A stretch of DNA of 32,000 nt. Origin: an uncultured Methanomassiliicoccales archaeon (GTDB taxonomy: Archaea; Thermoplasmatota; Thermoplasmata; RBG-16-68-12; CAYFXO01). Shown here one piece after another: positions 23,395 to 32,000 of the stretch; positions within the stretch are counted from its first letter, which is position 1; each line of letters begins with the position of its first letter. A program made the position numbers and the translations under genes. Where the stretch lies: the NCBI GenBank assembly GCA_964347125.1, contig CAYFXO010000001.1:5557-37556 (forward strand), written 5' to 3'. The notes beneath the pieces were generated by a model. That model was not told the DNA's origin and made no database searches. It saw only the letters and a program-made list of their open reading frames with translations.

Positions 23395-26300
23395 TTGGTG
23401 GGGAATGGAGGAGTCGATTTGAGCCCGCGCATCCACTCGCGCCTACTGAGCGTATTGGTCGTTGTCACGCTGTCCTCCTCCGCGTTCGCGTTCTTCCCCG
23501 CGGCGACGGGCGACGTCACAGACGGCGTGGACGTGGCCCCCGCGGACGATTCCCTCGGTCCCGCGGCCCCCACCACGGAGGACCCGCAGACGATCGCGGG
23601 CCTCTATAAACTCGAGGCGGGCCTCCGAAGCCACCTCGACTCCAAGGAGACCGTCCGCGTCCTCATCGCGACCTACGACGTGGGCGCCCTCGGCGTGGCC
23701 CTGGGGGCGGGGGCGGTGGACGCCGCCGACCTCGGTGCCAAGGCCCCCGGCCTCGCGGTCCCCATGGTGGACCTCCAGGGCGTCCGCCTCAAGGAGATCG
23801 CCGCCCTGGACTCCACCGTCGCCATCATGGAGTGGCGGCCCCCGGAGCGGCAGGTCGTTGAGACCGTGGACACCTTCTCGAAGAAGGGCGTGCGCCCCAG
23901 CAACCTCAACTCCACCCTGAACCACCTGGCCCCCCAGGCGTGGGCCGCGGGGTGGACGGGCGACGGGGTGCGCATCTCCGTCATGGACGACGGGGTGGAC
24001 TTCGCCCACCCGGACCTCATGGGGACCATGGCCCGGTTCAACTGGACGAACCTCCCCGCGAACATCCAGGCCGCGAAGCCCCACCTCCGGCACTACGACA
24101 ACTGGCCCATGGCCTTCGACCCCTTCTCCATGTCCAGCTTCATGATGAACAACGGCGAGGCGGAGGGGACGTGGTACGGGAACACCACCTCCACGGACCG
24201 CAACGTCACCCACACCATCCGGATCGACGGCCGGAACGACTTCTGGGACGACGGGAGCGAGCTCGTCGCCACCGACCTCCGGGGGGACATCAACGTCGGC
24301 CAGCCGTCCCACCTGGGGAACGACTTCGACCTCGTCTCCCTGTACGCCACCCAGGACGCGGACTGGTGGTATTTCGGCTTCGACACCTTCACGAACCAGT
24401 CGGACGTGGCCTTCGGCCTCTACATCGACACGGACAACGTCACGGGGTCGGGCGGGGACGTGGACCCGCGAGCGGGGAGCCTCATCACCGCCGTGCCCGA
24501 GCACCGCCCGGAGTTCGTCGTCTACATCGACCACCTGGGCGGGCAGCCCCCGGGGCAGTACGACCGGAACGACACCGTGGAGAACGGGACGGTCTACACC
24601 TGGCTGGGCTCCGCCTGGGACGCCGGGGTGAACATCACGGAGTTCCCCATCAACGGGCAGATCAGCTACAGCGCCTGGGACTTCGAGGATGAGGAGGCGT
24701 TCCTGGAGTTCTCCCTGCCCAAGGCGTTCCTAGGGGACCCCCAGCAGCTCGCGGTGGAGCTGTTCACCGCGGGGGTGAACGCGTCCCACGCCCTGGACAC
24801 CGCCTACTCCGACCCGAACGTGAACTTCCCAGCCCCCGACTGGACGCCGACGCCCACCCAGCTCTCCGCGTTCACCTACGTGGGGCGGGGCTTCTGGATC
24901 CACACCTACGTCCGCTCCGACGACACCGTCGCGGGGAAGCCGAACGTCCAGATGTCGTGGCCCCTGGAGTACCAGGTCACGGGGACCAGCAAGAGCGGCG
25001 GCTACTACTTCGGCGACCACCCGGACGACAACTACCCCCTCACCCGGATTCTCGTGGTGGACGAGGCGGTGGCGGGGGTGTACGACACCGTCTACGTGGA
25101 CCTGGACCACAACCGGGACTTCACGAACGACAAGCCCCTGAAGAAGTACGGGAAGTACTGCGCGGACAAGCAGTGGCGGCCCGCGGACGACCCCGTGGCC
25201 TGCCCGGTCTACGACGAGACCTCGTGGCTGGACTTCTTCGACCCCGCCTCGGGGGTGACGTCCATCGACTACGCCCCGAACGGGACGTGGATTGCCACCG
25301 GGTCCAACGACCACCGGATCCTCCTGTGGGACGCCGCCTCCGGCGCCCAGGTCAACGAGTTCCACGCCCACCGCGGGCGGGTGACGTCCGTGGCCTGGGA
25401 CCTTGCGGGGCTACGCCTCGCCGCGGGCTATGCCGACGCCTCCGGCCGCGGGCAGCACGCCGTGGTCGTGTGGAACTGGGACGGCACGGTGGCCGCCACG
25501 TTCACCGAGAGCGACGGCGGGCACACCGCGGGGGTCACCGCCGTGGCGTGGGACCCCGTCGGGGCGAACAACCGCCTCGTCTCCGCGTCGATGGACGGCA
25601 CCGCGAAGGTCTGGAACGTCGGAACGGGCCTCGTGGCCACCCTCACCGGACACACGGCCGCCGTCGGGACCGCGGACTGGGGCGCCAACGGCATCGCCAC
25701 CGGCTCTGACGACGGGACCGTGCGCCTCTGGGACGCCTCGTGGACCGAGGCGGACTCGGTGGCCCACGGCACGCCCCTCAACGCCATCGCGTTCAGCCCG
25801 AACGGGACGTGGCTCGCCTACGGCGACCGGGCGGGGCTCCTGAGCGTGTGGGACGTGGTCCTGGACGCCTGGAGCACCTGGTCCATCCCCGAGCACCAGA
25901 CCCTCCCGATCACCTCCGTATCCTGGTCCCCCGTGGCCTCCCAGCTCCTCACCACCTCCACGTGGGACGAGGAGACGAACAACTTCGTCCTCGCCCGGTG
26001 GACGGTCAACAACTACAACGACTTCTTCGTCACCGGCTCCAAGACGGGGCAGGCGGCCCACGAGGCCAGCGTGTTCTCCGGGACCTGGTCCACCGACGGC
26101 CTCTCCGTCGTCTCCGGCGGGGAGGAGGCCCGGGCGCGGCGGTGGACGAGCGCCACCCTCTCCCTGGAGGGAGACTACAAGGGCCACGCCCTGGGGTCCA
26201 CCGACTACACGTGGTACCTCACGGGCGACGGCGTCCCGGACGTCTCCGGCGGGATCATCTACTTCATCGCGCAGAACGAGTGGGACTTCGGCAGCGGGAC

Positions 26301-29300
26301 CCTGGAGCAGGTGCCCATCCCCTACTCGGACGTGTGGATCGCCCGCCAGCCGGCCGTGCTGGACCTGCAGAACATCATCCCCGCCAACGGGACCGTCGTC
26401 GCCTTCATGGGCGCCCTGGACCTGGACCAGGGCCACGGCACCCTCGTCGCGTCGAGCCTCGTGGGGCGCGGCCAGTCCACCTACTTCGACGAGGGGACCA
26501 TGGACGTCCCCACGGTGGGCCACGTCATCGGGTTCGCCCCTGACGCCCTCCTCGTGCCCGTGGCGAACGTCTACGCCACGAACTTCTACGACGGCTGGTA
26601 CTTCTCGGTGGAGGGCTACGACGGCACCCCGAACACGGGGGACGAGGCCCACATCATCTCGAACTCCTTCGGCTTCTCCGGGACCTACCACGACGGGTGG
26701 GACTTCAACGCCCGGTTCCTGGACTACCTGGTGAACGACCACGCGGACGGGAACGTGACGATCACGGTGTCCTCGGGGAACTCCGGGTGGGGGTACGGGA
26801 CGGTGTCCACCCCCGCGGCGTCCCCCGCGGTCATCACCGTCGGCGCGGCCACGGACTTCTTCTACCGCCACCTCTCGGGGCTGGAACGGGGCCTCAACCC
26901 GACGTTCGGGGAGGTCACCCCGGAGTCCTCCCGCGGGCCCACGGCCCAGGGGATGCCGGACCCGGACGTGGTGGCGAACGGCCGCATGGCCTTCGGGTCT
27001 GTCGCCCTGAACCAGGTGGACTACCGCCCCTACAACGGCTACGAGGCCACGAACCTCTGGGCGGGGACGTCCCTGGCCTCGCCGGGGGCTGCGGGGATGC
27101 TCGCCCTGGCCTTCCAGGCGTACAAGGAGGCCAACGGGGCGTTCCCCAACGCGAGCGTCGCCAGGAGCCTCCTCATGAGCGGGGCGGACAATCTGAAGTA
27201 CGACCCGCTGGTCCAGGGGGCGGGGCGGGTGAACGCCCTCCGCACCGCGCAGTTGGCGGCCGGGCAGGACGGCTTCCTCGTGGCGCCGAACCTGTGGAAC
27301 CCCGGGGACTACCAGGGCACCCGGTACGAGTCGTTCGCCCACCTCATGGACCCGGGGGACAGCGCCCAGGAGACCTTCACCGTCACGAACGTCGCCCCGG
27401 CGCCGGACACCCTCACCCTCACGGACGCGGTCTTCCAGAAGACCTCCGAGGTGAACTTCACCTTCCAGACCCAGACGGACCTCCCCAACGACCCCGCCCA
27501 CTGGTTCCTCATCCTCCACGGCCTCCCCCTGGCCCTGACGGGGACGGGGGTGTACGACAAGAATTACCAGAAGGTCGCGGCCATCGACGAGGGTGAGTGG
27601 CTGAACGCGGACCTCCTGCGGATCAGCTACCGGGTTCCCATCGGCGACCTGGATCCCGACGGCGACGGGAACACGAACTACTCCTACTTCCTCGAGGTCA
27701 TGGACTGGTCCGAGGACGACTGGACGATGTTCCCGCCGGAGCCGAACACGGGGGCCTTCAGCGACCTGAACCGCCGCCTCATCGTGTTCCCCGACGCGAA
27801 CGTGTGGGAGGGGCGCATCCACGACCCCGCGGGGCGGACCCACGACGGGTTGGCGATGGGCGTCCGGGCGGGCATCCAGCCGGGGAAGCCCGGGGCCGCG
27901 GGGATCAACTTCCTGGTGACCCTGGAGTTCTACCAGAAGGCGGACTGGAACTGGCTGAGCCTCAGCACGGGCTCTCTGTCCCTGGCGGGCGGGGAGACGC
28001 AGACCTTCACCTCGACGGTGGACGTCCCCGCGGGGACCCCCATCGGCGGCTACGAGGGGGCCATCTACATCCAGGGCGACCCCGCCACCGCCTCCGCCAC
28101 TCGGTCGATCCAGGTGCCCTTCTTCGCCAGCTGGGTGTCCGCGGACCACCAGGACATCTCCGCCCTCACGGTCCTCAGGAACGGCGTCCCCCAGACGGCG
28201 GGGGTGGACTACCTGGAGTACCTGGCCGCCGGGATGGTCAACTTCACCGCCCCGCTGAACCCCGGCGACGTGGTGCAGATGGACTACACCTACGCGAACA
28301 CCACGACGATTCCCGTGGTGATCAACGTCCCCTCGAACCAAGTGGAGTTCGGCTTCGGGCAGGACGCGCCGGGGCAGGACGACCTGTTCCGGAACCGCGT
28401 CGTGGGGGGCTTCGGGCAGGGCACCCAATCCGGGGACTGGCGGTTCTACTTCGTGGACGTCCCCGACCAAGGGCAGTTCTCCATCGAGAGCGGCTCGAAG
28501 TTCTTCCTGGACCTCCAGTGGGACCTGGACATGACGGACATCAACGGGTACGCGTTCGGGCCGGGGGCGGTGCCCATCGCCGCGGGCCTCACCGCGGGGG
28601 CGTTCCCCCAGAGCCGGTACGGGCCCTACCTGCTGTACACGACCAACGGCGGCTCCGAGGAGACGGCCACGTTCTTCACGACCACGGGCGGGCCGGAGGA
28701 GATCGTGGCCCCGGGCCTCGTGGGGGGCCTGAACGTCCTGGCGATCCAGAACGTCCTGATGAACGGGACCTACGCGTCGGAGGCCGTCTCCGGGCAGGTG
28801 GGGAGCATGCGCGTGAACCCGCCGGAGATCAAGGTGGTGACGAACGAGCTCTCCGGGTCCCGGGATGTCCTCCTGTACTCCAGCGTGCCGTGGCCCGGCA
28901 TCGGGAGCGTCTCCGCGGGGCCGTCCGCCCCGGAGGAGTTCCTCGACGTCCCCATCCAGCAGGACGTCATCGAGGGCGGCACCTTCATCGACCTCCTCGT
29001 GGGCGGCTCCTACACGAAGGTCGTCAACGTGGAGCCCAGCGCCCTCATCTTCGACGTCCACATCACCTCGAACCCCGGGGACCCGCCGGAGGGGACGGCG
29101 GAGCCCTGCGACGACCTGGACCTGGCCCTGTTCCTCGACGGGAAAGGGCCGGACAACGTGCCGGACGGCGCGGCCCAGGTGGAGGAGTTCGTCGTCTACG
29201 ACGCGGACGCCGACGCGGACGAGCACATCCGCCTCATCAAGCCGACGGTGCAGGACGACCCGGACACGCCCGAGGTCAACGAGGGCGTCGTCGGGGCGCC

Positions 29301-31755
29301 GTACATCATCAAGGTCCTCGGGTTCACGTGCCCCAAGGGCTTCGGGACCTTCAACATGGACCTCACCCTGGTGCAGGGGGAGGGCTTCACGGTGGCGGGG
29401 ACGACCGCCGCCCTCATCCCCGCGTGGAACGTGAGCACCGTCACCCTGCAGTGGAACCTGGACGGGAGCACCCCCGACGGGGAGCTCCTGGGGGCGCTCT
29501 ACGTGGGCCCGGAGAAGGCCCCCCTCACCCTCCTGATCCCCGTGGAGCTGGCCGTCGACCGGGTCGCGCCGGTGATCGAGGGCTTCAGCCTGAACACCGC
29601 CCCGGGCCTCCAGATCGAGAACGCGACGCAGCTGCGGACGAACGATCCCATGCCCCGGGTGGCCATCTCGTTCAGCGACGCGGAGCGCGGCGAGCTTTCG
29701 TACGACTCCGTCCGGCTGTGGCTGGACGGCCAGGACATGACCCCCCAGGCGGAGGTCGTCATCCCGTTCGGCCTGAACGCGGAGGAGAAGCTCGGGTACT
29801 GGCAGGGGGCGGTGACCTTCGGCGTGCCCGCGCCCCTCCCGGACGGCCCCCACTTCCTCACGGTCGCCGTGGGGGACGAGGGGGGGAACGTCGCGTCCCA
29901 GAGCTTCGTCGTCGTCATCGACACCCAGTCCCCGCCCCTGACCCTGGACGACCCGGACGTGAGCTTCACGAACCAGGGGACCCACGCCATCACGGGTGCG
30001 TCGCGGCCCGGAAGCACCGTGGAGATCCCCGGCGGGACCGTGGAGATGGAGGCGGACGGGACCTTCCGGGCGACGGTCACCCTGGCGGAGGGCGCGAACG
30101 TGTTCGAGGTGCGGTCCGTCCCGTGGTACTCCGTGGACGGGTCGGGGAACCCCGTGCCTGCCAACGTGGCCACGGTGGAGAAGACCATCGTCTACGACGC
30201 CCTCGCGCCGGCCTTCGACCAGGCCCTCATCCAGGGGCCGAACCCCACCCGCACGGCGACCGCCCCGGTGACGGGGCGGGTGTCGGACCTCATCGCGGCG
30301 GGGACGCCGTGGGACCCGACGACGCTGGCGGTGACGGTGGCCGGTCGCGCGGTGGCCGTGAACGCGGACGGCTCATTCGAGACCCTCGTGCCGCTGGTGG
30401 AAGGACCGAACGTCATCCCGTTGACGGCGACGGACCTCGCGGGGAACACCGCGTCGGTGAACCGGACCGTGATCCTGGACACCTTGGCGCCGAGCCTTTC
30501 GCTGGAGGCTGTGCCGGAGACGACGAATCGGAGGACCCTCACGATCGAAGGGCAGACGGAGCTGTCGGCGGTCCTCACCCTGAACGGCGGGCTCGTGGTG
30601 ACGGCGGCGGGCGCCTTCACCGTGGACGTGGAGCTCAGCCGGGGGGCGAACGTCCTGGTGGTCGCGGCGGAGGACGTGGCGGGGAACCGGGTGGAGCGCC
30701 GCCTCGTCGTGGAGTACCGCCCGGAGGCGGGGCCGGACCTCCTGCTGTGGGTGCTCGCGCCGCTGCTCCTTGTGGTCGGGCTGCTCCTGGGATTCTTCGT
30801 GGGGCCGCGGGTCCTCGGGCCGCGGGGCCCTGAGGAGGAGGAACCGGAGGAGGCGGAGCCCGAGGAACTCCCGGAGGAGGACGAGCGGATCGCGCGGCTG
30901 CGGGAGGCCTACGAGTCCGGGAGGATCACCGAGGAGGTGTACGAGGAGAACCTGGCCCGCCTCGCGGGGGAAGCCCCGGAGGAAGAAGCTCCGGCGGAAG
31001 AGGAGGAGATCCCGCCCGAAGAGGAGGAGGAGGAACCTCCGGAAGAGGACCAGCGCCCGCCCGAAGAGGAAGAGGCGATCGCGCCGGAGGAAGAGGAGAT
31101 TCCCGAAGAGGCGGTCCCGGCCGAGGAGGACCCCTTGGCCCGGCTGGAGGCCGCCTTCGCCGCCGGCAGGATTTCGCGGGAGGTCTACGAGCAGAACCGG
31201 GCACGGCTGACGGGGGCCCCTCCCGCGGAGGAGGAAGCGGCCGAGGAGGAACTCGAGGAGCCTCCCGAGGAAGTGGAGGAGCCCCTCGCAACGGAGGACC
31301 AAGTCACCCGGCTCCAAAGGGCCTTCGAGGCGGGGAGGATCTCCGAGGCGGTGTACCGCGAGAACCTCGCCCGCATCGGCGTCGAGGCCCCGGAGGAGCC
31401 CGAGGAAGAGGCCGTGGAACCCGAAGAGGAGGTCCCGGAAGAGGACGAGCGAGTGCTCCGGGTTCAGCGGGCCTACGAGGCGGGCAAGATCTCCCGGGAC
31501 GTGTACGAGAAGAACCTGGCCTTGATGGGCTTCGAGGTCCCCGAGGAGGCGGTCGACCTGGGGCCGCTGACGCGGCTTGCCGAGGCGTTCGCGGCGGGTC
31601 GGGTCTCGGGGGACCTGTTCACCCAGAACCTGGGCCGCCTGGAGCTCCCTGACGCGGAGTTGCCCAACAAAGTCGAGAGGCTCTCCGCGGCGTACGAGGC
31701 GGGGAAGATCTCCGAGACGGTGTTCCGCGAGAACGTGAAGCGGCTCCTCAAGTAG
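23395..31755 (+). CDS. giant (about 2780 aa) type-I membrane-anchored S8 subtilisin-like serine protease with an inserted WD40 propeller, Ig-like stalk domains and a cytoplasmic SHOCT-repeat tail
   Basis: There is no ATG start. Candidates are TTG 23395, GTG 23398 and TTG 23419, the last preceded by GGAGGAG plus a 5-nt spacer and giving signal peptide (M)[26 protein letters not shown]8 motifs: [17 protein letters not shown] (Asp, 23986), [11 protein letters not shown] (His, 26434), IISNSFG (Asn, 26662) and [12 protein letters not shown] (Ser, 27070). TM helix at 30739-30804. Confidence 0.9.
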   Translation: MVGNGGVDLSPRIHSRLLSVLVVVTLSSSAFAFFPAATGDVTDGVDVAPADDSLGPAAPTTEDPQTIAGLYKLEAGLRSHLDSKETVRVLIATYDVGALGVALGAGAVDAADLGAKAPGLAVPMVDLQGVRLKEIAALDSTVAIMEWRPPERQVVETVDTFSKKGVRPSNLNSTLNHLAPQAWAAGWTGDGVRISVMDDGVDFAHPDLMGTMARFNWTNLPANIQAAKPHLRHYDNWPMAFDPFSMSSFMMNNGEAEGTWYGNTTSTDRNVTHTIRIDGRNDFWDDGSELVATDLRGDINVGQPSHLGNDFDLVSLYATQDADWWYFGFDTFTNQSDVAFGLYIDTDNVTGSGGDVDPRAGSLITAVPEHRPEFVVYIDHLGGQPPGQYDRNDTVENGTVYTWLGSAWDAGVNITEFPINGQISYSAWDFEDEEAFLEFSLPKAFLGDPQQLAVELFTAGVNASHALDTAYSDPNVNFPAPDWTPTPTQLSAFTYVGRGFWIHTYVRSDDTVAGKPNVQMSWPLEYQVTGTSKSGGYYFGDHPDDNYPLTRILVVDEAVAGVYDTVYVDLDHNRDFTNDKPLKKYGKYCADKQWRPADDPVACPVYDETSWLDFFDPASGVTSIDYAPNGTWIATGSNDHRILLWDAASGAQVNEFHAHRGRVTSVAWDLAGLRLAAGYADASGRGQHAVVVWNWDGTVAATFTESDGGHTAGVTAVAWDPVGANNRLVSASMDGTAKVWNVGTGLVATLTGHTAAVGTADWGANGIATGSDDGTVRLWDASWTEADSVAHGTPLNAIAFSPNGTWLAYGDRAGLLSVWDVVLDAWSTWSIPEHQTLPITSVSWSPVASQLLTTSTWDEETNNFVLARWTVNNYNDFFVTGSKTGQAAHEASVFSGTWSTDGLSVVSGGEEARARRWTSATLSLEGDYKGHALGSTDYTWYLTGDGVPDVSGGIIYFIAQNEWDFGSGTLEQVPIPYSDVWIARQPAVLDLQNIIPANGTVVAFMGALDLDQGHGTLVASSLVGRGQSTYFDEGTMDVPTVGHVIGFAPDALLVPVANVYATNFYDGWYFSVEGYDGTPNTGDEAHIISNSFGFSGTYHDGWDFNARFLDYLVNDHADGNVTITVSSGNSGWGYGTVSTPAASPAVITVGAATDFFYRHLSGLERGLNPTFGEVTPESSRGPTAQGMPDPDVVANGRMAFGSVALNQVDYRPYNGYEATNLWAGTSLASPGAAGMLALAFQAYKEANGAFPNASVARSLLMSGADNLKYDPLVQGAGRVNALRTAQLAAGQDGFLVAPNLWNPGDYQGTRYESFAHLMDPGDSAQETFTVTNVAPAPDTLTLTDAVFQKTSEVNFTFQTQTDLPNDPAHWFLILHGLPLALTGTGVYDKNYQKVAAIDEGEWLNADLLRISYRVPIGDLDPDGDGNTNYSYFLEVMDWSEDDWTMFPPEPNTGAFSDLNRRLIVFPDANVWEGRIHDPAGRTHDGLAMGVRAGIQPGKPGAAGINFLVTLEFYQKADWNWLSLSTGSLSLAGGETQTFTSTVDVPAGTPIGGYEGAIYIQGDPATASATRSIQVPFFASWVSADHQDISALTVLRNGVPQTAGVDYLEYLAAGMVNFTAPLNPGDVVQMDYTYANTTTIPVVINVPSNQVEFGFGQDAPGQDDLFRNRVVGGFGQGTQSGDWRFYFVDVPDQGQFSIESGSKFFLDLQWDLDMTDINGYAFGPGAVPIAAGLTAGAFPQSRYGPYLLYTTNGGSEETATFFTTTGGPEEIVAPGLVGGLNVLAIQNVLMNGTYASEAVSGQVGSMRVNPPEIKVVTNELSGSRDVLLYSSVPWPGIGSVSAGPSAPEEFLDVPIQQDVIEGGTFIDLLVGGSYTKVVNVEPSALIFDVHITSNPGDPPEGTAEPCDDLDLALFLDGKGPDNVPDGAAQVEEFVVYDADADADEHIRLIKPTVQDDPDTPEVNEGVVGAPYIIKVLGFTCPKGFGTFNMDLTLVQGEGFTVAGTTAALIPAWNVSTVTLQWNLDGSTPDGELLGALYVGPEKAPLTLLIPVELAVDRVAPVIEGFSLNTAPGLQIENATQLRTNDPMPRVAISFSDAERGELSYDSVRLWLDGQDMTPQAEVVIPFGLNAEEKLGYWQGAVTFGVPAPLPDGPHFLTVAVGDEGGNVASQSFVVVIDTQSPPLTLDDPDVSFTNQGTHAITGASRPGSTVEIPGGTVEMEADGTFRATVTLAEGANVFEVRSVPWYSVDGSGNPVPANVATVEKTIVYDALAPAFDQALIQGPNPTRTATAPVTGRVSDLIAAGTPWDPTTLAVTVAGRAVAVNADGSFETLVPLVEGPNVIPLTATDLAGNTASVNRTVILDTLAPSLSLEAVPETTNRRTLTIEGQTELSAVLTLNGGLVVTAAGAFTVDVELSRGANVLVVAAEDVAGNRVERRLVVEYRPEAGPDLLLWVLAPLLLVVGLLLGFFVGPRVLGPRGPEEEEPEEAEPEELPEEDERIARLREAYESGRITEEVYEENLARLAGEAPEEEAPAEEEEIPPEEEEEEPPEEDQRPPEEEEAIAPEEEEIPEEAVPAEEDPLARLEAAFAAGRISREVYEQNRARLTGAPPAEEEAAEEELEEPPEEVEEPLATEDQVTRLQRAFEAGRISEAVYRENLARIGVEAPEEPEEEAVEPEEEVPEEDERVLRVQRAYEAGKISRDVYEKNLALMGFEVPEEAVDLGPLTRLAEAFAAGRVSGDLFTQNLGRLELPDAELPNKVERLSAAYEAGKISETVFRENVKRLLK
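25261..26148 (+). repeat. seven WD40-like blades inside the protease
   Basis: Blade ends ...[11 protein letters not shown], ...HAVVVWN, ...[10 protein letters not shown], ...[11 protein letters not shown], ...[10 protein letters not shown], ...NNFVLARWT and ...[10 protein letters not shown], each preceded by an H/GH..V.(S/A)(V/I)(A/S)W-type strand. Confidence 0.8.
30880..31749 (+). repeat. six SHOCT-like repeats of about 28 aa separated by Glu/Pro-rich linkers (cytoplasmic tail)
   Basis: Repeat cores: 30880-30963 [28 protein letters not shown]; 31129-31209 [27 protein letters not shown]; 31294-31377 [28 protein letters not shown]; 31441-31527 [29 protein letters not shown]; 31558-31641 [28 protein letters not shown]; 31666-31749 [28 protein letters not shown]. 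Confidence 0.8.
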
Positions 31756-31817
31756 CCTCGCTCGCCAGGGCATCGAAGCCCCTCGGCCCTGGCCGACCCT
31801 CCAGGGCGGCACCGAAG

Positions 31818-31829
31818 CGTTATATAACG
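31818..31829 (+). promoter_or_regulatory. palindromic TATA box for cysS
   Basis: CGTTATATAACG is a perfect 12-nt palindrome about 40 nt upstream of ATG 31868. Confidence 0.45.
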
Positions 31830-31867
31830 GCCCCCGCGTAGTTCGCCCACCCTCCCGGAGACCCTCC

Positions 31868-32000
31868 ATGGCGCTGCGCCTGTACAACACGAAATCACGG
31901 GAGCTCGAGGCTTTCGAACCGCTGGACCCGCCGGAGGTGCGGATGTATGTTTGCGGGCCCACGGTCTACGACTACGCCCACGTGGGCCACGCCCGGTCCT
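31868..32000 (+). CDS. cysS: cysteine--tRNA ligase, N-terminal part (runs off the window end)
   Basis: My translation: [44 protein letters not shown]. This is the canonical CysRS N-terminus with the HIGH motif (HVGH). Confidence 0.9.
   Translation, partial: MALRLYNTKSRELEAFEPLDPPEVRMYVCGPTVYDYAHVGHARS

Noticed and set aside
25411-29985. 1524-aa minus-strand ORF, plus the 1078-aa plus-strand off-frame ORF 27597..30833, inside the giant protease gene
   Set aside because: The translations are Arg/Gly/Pro/His-rich low-complexity sequence with no motifs. They fully overlap a frame carrying clear S8, WD40 and Ig-like signatures. Long stop-free alternative frames are expected at about 65-70% GC.
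30830-31460. Purine-rich GAGGAG/GAAGAG runs that look like a simple-sequence or SD-like repeat
   Set aside because: They are explained by the Glu/Pro-rich linkers between the SHOCT-like repeats, in frame within the giant ORF. They are not a non-coding tandem repeat or a CRISPR-like array.
1-32000. Searched by eye for CRISPR repeats, rRNA, IS elements or transposases, integrases and toxin-antitoxin pairs
   Set aside because: No regularly spaced direct repeats, no rRNA-like stretches, and no DDE/tyrosine-recombinase-like translations in any frame of the track.

Overview
This is a high-GC (about 65% by eye) archaeal chromosomal segment, densely coding on both strands. The archaeal call rests on aRF1, the ThiD-ThiN fusion, an archaeal-type UMP kinase, a tRNA-Ala without encoded CCA, and BRE/TATA-like A/T islands 25-40 nt upstream of start codons.

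Contents from left to right:
- a partial aldo/keto reductase
- an unlisted small Zn-ribbon ORF coupled to a membrane HhH protein
- a membrane-anchored FKBP PPIase
- thiDN, then a minus-strand glycosylation cluster (disrupted GT4, DedA, UGM-like flavoprotein, GT2)
- a hypothetical gene
- pyrH-thpR
- prf1 (aRF1) and argS
- a 1318-aa sequon-rich PKD/CARDB surface protein
- orphan small genes
- a four-gene operon (described below)
- a tandem-GNAT plus C45 Ntn-hydrolase pair
- a Zn-ribbon-LOR protein
- tRNA-Ala(CGC)
- a 2786-aa membrane-anchored S8 subtilase
- the start of cysS

The headline finding is the four-gene operon. I read it as a UFM1-like Ubl, a UFC1-like E2, a UBA5-like E1 and a JAMM protease, which would be a UFMylation-type conjugation cassette in a prokaryote.

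The second notable object is the subtilase. Its catalytic Asp and His are about 816 aa apart, the insert includes a seven-blade WD40 propeller, and the cytoplasmic tail carries six SHOCT-like repeats.

I saw no CRISPR array, rRNA, transposase or integrase. Many long ORFs in the track are high-GC antisense or off-frame artefacts. All homology statements come from reading the translations and from remembered family motifs; no database was searched.
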